A stretch of DNA of 58,491 nt, counting the filler, from Dugesia japonica (taxonomy: Eukaryota), in assembly GCA_001938525.1 (NCBI GenBank). It is 5 parts of 5 records of this genome, joined end to end, with 100 filler letters (N's around TTAATTAATTAA, not from the genome) between each part and the next. Parts side by side here need not be neighbours in the genome. Positions count along the whole stretch, not along the records: positions 48,598 to 58,491 come from MQRL01616588.1; 4 more parts are not named here. One strand, given 5' to 3'. Under the pieces are notes generated by a model that was not told where the DNA came from, did no database searches, and saw only the letters and a program-made list of their open reading frames with translations. Of this stretch, positions 51,456-58,491 are shown in pieces. How positions within the stretch are numbered: the stretch's first letter is position 1; every line of letters begins with the position of its first letter. The position numbers and the translations under genes are program-made.

Positions 51456-51970
51456 ATGTCTTCAATATCAGAACAAGAATTAATTATTTGGTAAATTCAA
51501 ATAAAAGTAAATATGTAAAAATTAATGGTAAAAACTATTGGATTGGTAATAAAGTTAAAGAAGAAATAAAAAACAATTAGGTAAAGAACATAAAGGTGGA
51601 TTTGCTTTCCTTGCTGCAATACCGGCTATAATTGCTGGTTAAGCATCAACAGCCGGAATTGCGACTCGAATAGCATCAACTGTGAGTAATTCTAGATATG
51701 CAATTAAAAAACAACAAGAAACTGAATAAGTTGAATTACAGAAAAAAGAAAAATTAATTCTAATAGAAAAATTAGTAAAAAAGAAGGTTCGGATAAAACT
51801 AGTTCTGGATCAGGTTTATACTTAAAACCTTATCAAGAAAGTGCAATTCATAAATATTTAAAGAATAATTTATCAAACTCAGAGTTGAAGATGATTACCA
51901 TAAACTTTAAAATCAGAGTACAAATAAAAACTAGTGGTGATGGTTTATATTTTAAACCTTTTGTTAATTC
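51456..51970 (+). pseudogene. Polinton core/membrane-lytic-type protein with adenain-type glycine motifs
   Basis: KGGFAFLAAIPAIIAG..STAGIA amphipathic stretch; repeated GSGLYLKPY / GDGLYFKPF. Confidence 0.6.
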
Positions 51971-52779
51971 TCATGATCACATTCAGTTTCAACATACGCC
52001 TATATAAAATGGATAATGAAGAAATGTTGGCAAGAATAAAACTTTTGTAAGAATTAATGAAAACTCAAGATGATTATAATAATTTATTAACTGGTAATGT
52101 AATTGAATAAAAAATTTTACAAGATATTTTAACCTTTGAGCAACAACCTACTATTAAAGCTATTGAAAAATTAAGTACAAAGCCTATAAACTCTTGAAAA
52201 TTCCAAAGGGTCCCATAGAATACCATTCTTTGCTGAACTTAACCTAAATGTTGATAATATTTCTAAAACAATTATACCAATATTAAAAATAGAAGTTATT
52301 AATAATAAAAAATTTCAAAAATTAATTTACCCACACAAAGAAATATATTTATTCGAAGAAAGTGATGGAAAGAAATACTTTTTAACAAAAGAAGAACTAA
52401 TACCTTATTCTGAAGAAGTAATGAATTTNNNNNNNNNNNNNNNNNNNNNNNNNNNNNNNNNNNNNNNNNNNNNNNNNNTGATGGAAAGAAATACTTTTTA
52501 ACAAAAGAAGAACTAATACCTTATTCTGAAGAAGTAATGAATTTAATTTTAGAAAATGGAAGTAATGATGAAGAAGCAAAAGATATTTATTTAAATAAAT
52601 TAAATATCAAAATTACTACTACTTATAGTTATTATAAATTTTTAACTGGGAAAAAAACTCCTGAAAGTCGTGAAACTTCAAAAATACCTAAGCTTAAAAA
52701 TTTTCATGACTGTGAAAAAGAAATCCAAGAAGATATTATTAAAGGTGAATGTTTAAATTTAATTTCAACTTCAAACTAA

Positions 52780-52930
52780 GATCATGAAACTAAAGATGAT
52801 CCAGTATCTTTATTTGAAAGATTAAAATTATTAATTTCAGCAGAAAAAGCTGGTCATAATAATTTAAACAAAGAAATTAAATCTGTTTGTAAAGAATTAT
52901 TAAACCAAGAATTAATTACCAAAAAAAGTA
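52780..52930 (+). pseudogene. Conserved Polinton uncharacterised C-terminal domain
   Basis: DDPVSLFERLKLLISAEKAGHNNLNKEIKSVCKELL, a motif I recognise as recurrent in animal Polintons. Confidence 0.6.
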
Positions 52931-52967
52931 CAATGTTTATAAAAATAATTATTTTTGGTTAAAGAAA

Positions 52968-53440
52968 ATGTCCCATAAATTTTTAGTTGTTGGTAAAGAT
53001 TCTAATTTAGAAGTTGATTTAAAATTTGCAATAGAATTAGATTCTGATTATAAAAGGGTTTATTATGTTTTAGTTGTTATGATATAATTTTTAATGTTAC
53101 TAGTAAAAATAATACTTTTATATTAAAAAAGAACAAAAAACCTGAAACCTGGTGCTTATGAAATTAAAGAAATATCTAATAAATTAAAAGATTATGGAAT
53201 AGAAGTTACACCAGATCTTTCAACTACAAAATGTAATTTAAAAACAAAACATAAAATTAAGTTTAATAAAGAATCTTTTTTTCATACAATCATAGGTTTT
53301 TATACTTTATCCTCCAATTTATTCAAGATTAAACTCTAAATGTATTCTTTAAAATTAAATATTATAGATGAAAATAATAATCCAATAGACTTTAATGGTC
53401 AAACTATTTCTTTATTAGTTTATATAAGAAAATGTCTTAC
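52968..53440 (+). pseudogene. Polinton minor capsid (penton) protein, internally deleted
   Basis: FNVTSKNNTF, PGAYEIKEI, STTKC, LKLNIIDENNNPIDFNGQTISLLVYIR. Confidence 0.7.
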
Positions 53441-53857
53441 AGGATTTTAGATTTTCTAAAAACATTTGGAATAAATACTAAAATCAATTTTGATTTGTAT
53501 TCTATTGCAGATTTTTTAAATTTAGAAATAGAAATATTAATGAGAGATGAAGTCGCAAAGCTCCTAAAAAATGAAGTCTCGTCTCAAATCTTGAAAGATA
53601 AAAAGTGTGCTAAAATTATTAATTATCAAAATAAAAATCAAAAAGGTAGTCATTTGGTTGCTTTTTATAAAGATTATTATTTTGATTCATATGGATTAAA
53701 ACATTTTAAAGAAATTGAAAAACACGTAAAGGTATATAATAAAATTCAAGTTCAACCTTTTGTAATTAGTTTTGTGGAATATTATGTTTATATTTTTTAC
53801 CCTCTTTAAATTTCAAAACCTTTGATGAAATTATTAATGAATTATATATTACTTTAA
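53432..53857 (+). pseudogene. Adenain-like cysteine protease (frameshift near the catalytic Cys)
   Basis: IINYQ..QKGSHLVAF..YYFDSYGL..YNKIQVQ, then SFCGILC in the shifted frame (H-D-Q-C set). Confidence 0.85.
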
Positions 53858-54114
53858 ATAAATAAATGAATTTTTGTGTAGAAACTTTAAACAATTAAAA
53901 TAATGAAGAAATATTAAAACATGTTTCTGCTAAATTAAAATTAGAATCTATAGAGAACGAAGCTAGATTTGTTAATGAAAGTGGATATTCAATTACTTCC
54001 TTGAAAATTATTAATGAACCTAAAAATGAATTAGATGCTACTAATTTAAAATATTTTACTTAATTAGAAAAACAAGTTGCTGATTTAAAGAAACAAGTAA
54101 ATGAGCTAACGGAA

Positions 54115-54537
54115 ATGAAGAGCAAACAAAATACTTATATTCAACAAATTTTAGAAAATAATAAATCATGGATTAAAACGAAGAGTGATTTGATTATTAA
54201 AATAAATAAATTAAATGAATCTTTTATTTCTTTGAAAAATGGGTTAACACAAATAAAGAGTGACAAAAATATTAATGACAAAATAATAGAATTGAAAAAA
54301 GAGATTAATAATTTATCTAGTAATTGTTCTCCTGAAAAATTTAATAAAATTAATTCAGAATTGGAAAATTTAAATTACAAAATCGAATTTAATATACAAA
54401 TCATGAATAATCCTTTAATTCCTTTAAAAGAAGAATTTATTAAAATAAAACAAGATCTTCATAATGATCGTGTTAAAGAAATTAATGATTGTATTGATAA
54501 ATTAAAAAAAACAAGCATCATAAGAAAAACTTTATGA
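54115..54537 (+). CDS. Polinton coiled-coil hypothetical protein (fragment)
   Basis: 140-aa K/E/N/L-rich frame inside the element. Confidence 0.45.
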   Translation: MKSKQNTYIQQILENNKSWIKTKSDLIIKINKLNESFISLKNGLTQIKSDKNINDKIIELKKEINNLSSNCSPEKFNKINSELENLNYKIEFNIQIMNNPLIPLKEEFIKIKQDLHNDRVKEINDCIDKLKKTSIIRKTL

Positions 54538-55140
54538 ACAAGATTTATTAAAAAAGATTAAAGAAATAATTAATAATTATTTTCCATTTCTTATTTAAAA
54601 AAATTATGGTAAGTATAATGATGTATTAATATTTTTATTAACCCCTGTAATTATAAAGAATGATCCCTACGGGTTCCCATTACCAAGTTATTTTGGTTTA
54701 ATTCCGCCATTTAAGATAAAAAGAAAAGGAAGAATAATTGATCCCGTTATTACTTTCCATAAAATTCAATACTTGAGAAAATATTATTACCTTGAACAAT
54801 CATTAGAACTTTATTTTCATTTAAATAGATAAATAAATAAGAAATAATGCTTACTTTATAATTCAAGGATTTGCGATATTTCATATTTTGAAATATATGT
54901 AATGATTGATAATATTCTAAAAGGATTTGAATAAAACTATTAAAAACTAAGAATTTAAACTTTTTAAAGAATACCTAGAAATTCTAGAAATTGATAGAGC
55001 CATTCAAGATAGTGTTACTTAAATTTTACCTAAAAATATTTATATTTATAAAATTATTATTTTAAGTGATAATCCAATTGCTAAAAAATCACATTCTGAT
55101 TTAGTATTATTAAATTATCCTAAATTATCTCTAAAATAAA

Positions 55141-55860
55141 ATGGATAAAGATTTAAATGTTAATTAGCAAATGTTGGCTAAAGGTGAAAATAAAAATATA
55201 AATGAGCTAACGCAAACGAAGAGCGAAAAGAAAAATCTATATCTAGATTTAGAAAAATATATTTACAAAGATTATGAATATACTATTCAAAATCGCATGA
55301 CTAAATTATCAAATTTAAGAATTGTAGATTTTAAATCAGATCTTTATTTCATTGATGATAAAGTTATTCATTATAAAGATTTTTAAAAAAGATGGTCAAG
55401 GTTAGATACTTCGATTAGATTTACAGAAATACTTATTGGAAATTGTGTTGGAATTACTGGAGCAATTATTATTTCTTTAGGAACTTTTGGTATTGGAACA
55501 AAATAGTTTAATTCCTATAGTTATAGTTTAATTCCTATAATCTTAACTACAACAGTTTCTTGTATTCCTATAATTGGAACTTTAAATGTATCTTAAATAA
55601 AATCAAAAAAAGAAATATAAAAATTTAATTCATGAATTAGTAACTATAAATGATAAATTATTTTTATTTCAACAAAAAGCTTTATTTGACGGTATTTTAA
55701 CTGATGAAGAAATTGCTACAAGTAAAAATATGGTAAAAGAAATTAAAGATATTATTTCACATGAAAATAAAAAAAAATTTTATATGAAAGTGAAATTTTA
55801 AAGAAACTTGAAAATCAAATTGATGATCAAGAGAAAATAATTAATAAATTAAAGAAATAA
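55141..55860 (+). pseudogene. GasderminX-like Polinton membrane protein
   Basis: Central hydrophobic Gly-rich hairpin (ILIGNCVGITGAIIISLGTFGIG..IPIILTTTVSCIPIIG) followed by QKALFDGILTDEE. Confidence 0.55.
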
Positions 55861-55899
55861 ATTTGACGTCTGCAGACGACACTTTTTTTATATTTTAAT

Positions 55900-56490
55900 T
55901 TTAATTTTGTTATTTAGGATTTTAGAAATTAATTGAGACACGCGTGTCTCGATTTATCTTTATATTAAACTACATTTTAATTTTCGTTTTAACTTATCTA
56001 ATCTTAAATGATAATTATTACAAACTTCACAATAAAACTTATTTCCATGAGGCATTGTTCTTATACTATTGTCCTCAATTAATCTTTTATCATCATAACC
56101 AGTTAAAGCAATCTTTTTTGTTCTATTAACTCGATTTTGTGTTTATGTGATTTTAAACTAGGATTAGTTCATTAATTAATTGATTAATTATTTCTTTCGT
56201 AATACTTAAAACTTAATCATATTCTTCCATTTCAATTTTATTAATTTTTGAAACTCTTTTATGTTTTGTTTCTATATTAATATAGGACCCATTGGGATAA
56301 CATCCTGATTTTTTATCTTGAATAATATAACTTTTTGCTTTAATAAAGTTACATTTAGTTATTTCATTATTAGGTTTTCATCTTTCATTTGAAATAAATT
56401 ATTGCCTAATAAACTTGTCAATTTGTTTAAATAATCTTGAGTTTTAATTTCCACAAATATAGAATCTGTATCAGAATAATGAATTTTGTA
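55900..56490 (-). pseudogene. Protein-primed DNA polymerase B, C-terminal fragment
   Basis: KIHYSDTDSIFVEIKT (YxDTDS catalytic motif), followed by KDE and AKSY-type segments. Confidence 0.85.
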
Positions 56491-56491
56491 T

Positions 56492-56803
56492 TTATTTAGA
56501 ATTGCATATTTTTCGATAATCTATAATGTGTTTTTGTATGAAACCCTTTAAGACTTCTTTTAGTTGTTGATTTTGAACTGGTTTAATAGAAGTTTTGTCA
56601 AATCGTTTTATTAAAGATTTATATTGTCCATTAACACCTCTTTCTGGAAATTTAATGGGTTTTTTTCGATTATAAGGAATATTAAATACTCTTAAATATT
56701 TTGTTACTGTTTTTTCATTTACATTATTTTGTTTACAAAACTTAGAAATATGGTTTTCAATAAAATTATAACTTTTTAATAGTTTATAAAAATCACTATC
56801 CAT
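56492..56803 (-). CDS. Small Polinton-associated protein, HTH-like
   Basis: 103-aa ORF; ISKFCKQNNVNEKTVTKYL resembles a helix-turn-helix. Confidence 0.45.
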   Translation of the reverse strand: MDSDFYKLLKSYNFIENHISKFCKQNNVNEKTVTKYLRVFNIPYNRKKPIKFPERGVNGQYKSLIKRFDKTSIKPVQNQQLKEVLKGFIQKHIIDYRKICNSK

Positions 56804-57110
56804 TTTATTAATAAAAAATTTTATAATACCTTTACGATTAAGATTACCATACGATTACCAGACGATTACTATTTGATTACGATTACGATTACGATTAATA
56901 AAAACTACATTTTTTTAGTTTCATTTTCTTATTTGCGTTAGCTCCAATTTTAAAGTTTCTAAATCTTTTATCAAATTATTAGTTTTCTTTAANNNNNNNN
57001 NNNNNNNNNNNNNNNNNNNNNNNNNNNNNNNNNNNNNNNNNNNNNNNNNNNNNNNNNNNNNNNNNNNNNNNNNNNNNNNNNNNNNNNNNNNNNNNNNNNN
57101 NNNNNNNNNN

Positions 57111-58065
57111 NCCGTTTTCCCGACAAGTATTTATTTATATTTACTATACATTATTTTATCCCAAGACAGATCGTAAGGTTAAGGATAGCTTCTACCTACA
57201 TTTATTTTCACTTGAATTTGGTTTAGTTTCATAATGTTTCAAGTTTTTAGAGTCAATTACAGAAAATACATTTATTTTCCAATCGTTTAATTTTTCCAAT
57301 TTTTTAATATCATCAATACTTACAGGAAATTTAATTCCATTTGTTTTTAATTCTTGTAAATAAAGAATATATTTTTCAACTCAAGTTGGATGATCAAATA
57401 TATATTTATGAGCTAAAATTAAATAGAGAAAACATTTATCATCTTTGTTTTGAATATTAATTACACCCGGTTTAGAAAATGGTAATTTTTGATAAGTTGC
57501 TCCAGCTAAAGATTGATATTTAGAAAGTTCGATTTTATAATCAACAATGTAATTTAAATTTCAACCAGATTCATTTCGATCTTCATCTTCAATATATCTT
57601 TGCATTTCATTTATAATATCATTTACACCATCATTAATTTCACTTTGAATAGTAAATTGTCTATTCTTTGACTATGAATTAAAAATATTTTCAATATTTT
57701 CACCGTTGGAATCTTTATTATAATTACAATTTACATTCATTCGAACAATAATCTTTTTACCATAATTAAAATACTTGGTAATATTTAGTTATTTCTTTTT
57801 GAAATTCACTAATCTTTTTCTTTTCGAGAGTTTCAAATTTTCTGGTTAATTCAACTTTACTATCTTTAAAATATTCAATTTCATTATCTTTGTACATTCT
57901 AAAGATGTCACGAGTTTCTGGTTCAAAATCAATTGCTTCTTCACCAGGAAGTTGATCAAATAATAATTTGTTAACCATTTCTTTGTGTTTCTTTGAATTG
58001 TAATGAGATTTTGAATGATCTTTTCTTTTAAATTTTAATTTACAAATTTTACAATACAAACACAT
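57111..58065 (-). pseudogene. pPolB N-terminal (terminal protein) region with a C2H2 zinc finger
   Basis: CKIC-x12-H-x5-H; ESG*NL..KYQSLAGATYQKLP..VINIQNKDDKCFLY..GIKFPVSIDDIKKLEKLN..INVFS. Confidence 0.85.
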
Positions 58066-58491
58066 TTTATGTGGATTTCCACAAATTGTTGAATTAAAAT
58101 CTTCTTATAATCCAACTTCAGAACGAAATGATACAAAACATTTCGAACAACTAAATCTTCTTAAAGTTGGATAACAACATCTAAATCTAACATGAAATGT
58201 TAGACCTGATTTTTTTTTAAAAATCTTTTTGCAAAGATTGTTTGGACAAATTTACTGATTTATTTAACCATCCAATAGTTATAGCATTTATTTCAACACC
58301 GCGTTCCCCCTGAAATAATCCCCCTCTTATTTTAATTTTTTCTTCAATAAACTGAAAACTTTTTTGAAACTTTAAAAAAGTCAATTCCTGACGAAGACAA
58401 GGTCGAAATATAGAATTGTTATCAAATATCAATAAATTAAAAACCAAATTTTAATCGAAGCTTTTATTTTAAATGATTATATATATATATA

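Larger units (their letters stand above)
48600..58491. mobile_element. Decayed Polinton/Maverick (adintovirus-like) endogenous DNA virus
   Basis: Intronless, densely packed remnants of MCP, rve integrase, packaging ATPase, penton, adenain protease and pPolB. TIRs not seen. Confidence 0.92.

Noticed and set aside
52364-52545. About 65-nt direct repeat in the Polinton
   Set aside because: The two copies flank an N gap exactly, typical of overlapping contig ends in a scaffold.
1-58491. tRNA, nuclear rRNA or CRISPR arrays
   Set aside because: None recognisable by eye; tRNAscan-SE or Infernal would be needed to exclude small RNAs.

Overview
This is AT-rich DNA from a compact metazoan-type genome with mostly 40-60 nt GT-AG introns; I cannot identify the species. 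It is not one continuous locus. Four artificial 100-nt joins (44 N + TTAATTAATTAA + 44 N at 13464, 29416, 39596 and 48498) split it into five contigs, so adjacency across a join is not evidence of linkage. Contig 1 holds a 13-exon GM130/GOLGA2-like golgin gene, 3'-truncated, with Gypsy, RLE non-LTR and hAT debris in its introns. Contig 2 holds two decayed orphan multi-ORF blocks, mariner remnants, a possible NUMT, and a bestrophin gene with a nested antisense ORF and atypical Ca2+-clasp and RFP motifs. Contig 3 is mostly transposon debris (mariner, DD41D-like, Chapaev-like, Gypsy) plus three exons of an unidentified gene. Contig 4 holds the main finding, which the ORF track almost completely misses: five tandem paralogous two-exon cassettes on the minus strand encoding a MAM-domain-like segment. 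Their splice phases do not allow in-frame serial joining, so they look like a Dscam-like mutually exclusive splicing array built from exon pairs. Contig 5 is a decayed Polinton/Maverick (adintovirus-like) endogenous virus with MCP, integrase, ATPase, penton, adenain, GasderminX-like and pPolB remnants. All family assignments come from motif recognition by eye, with no database searches.
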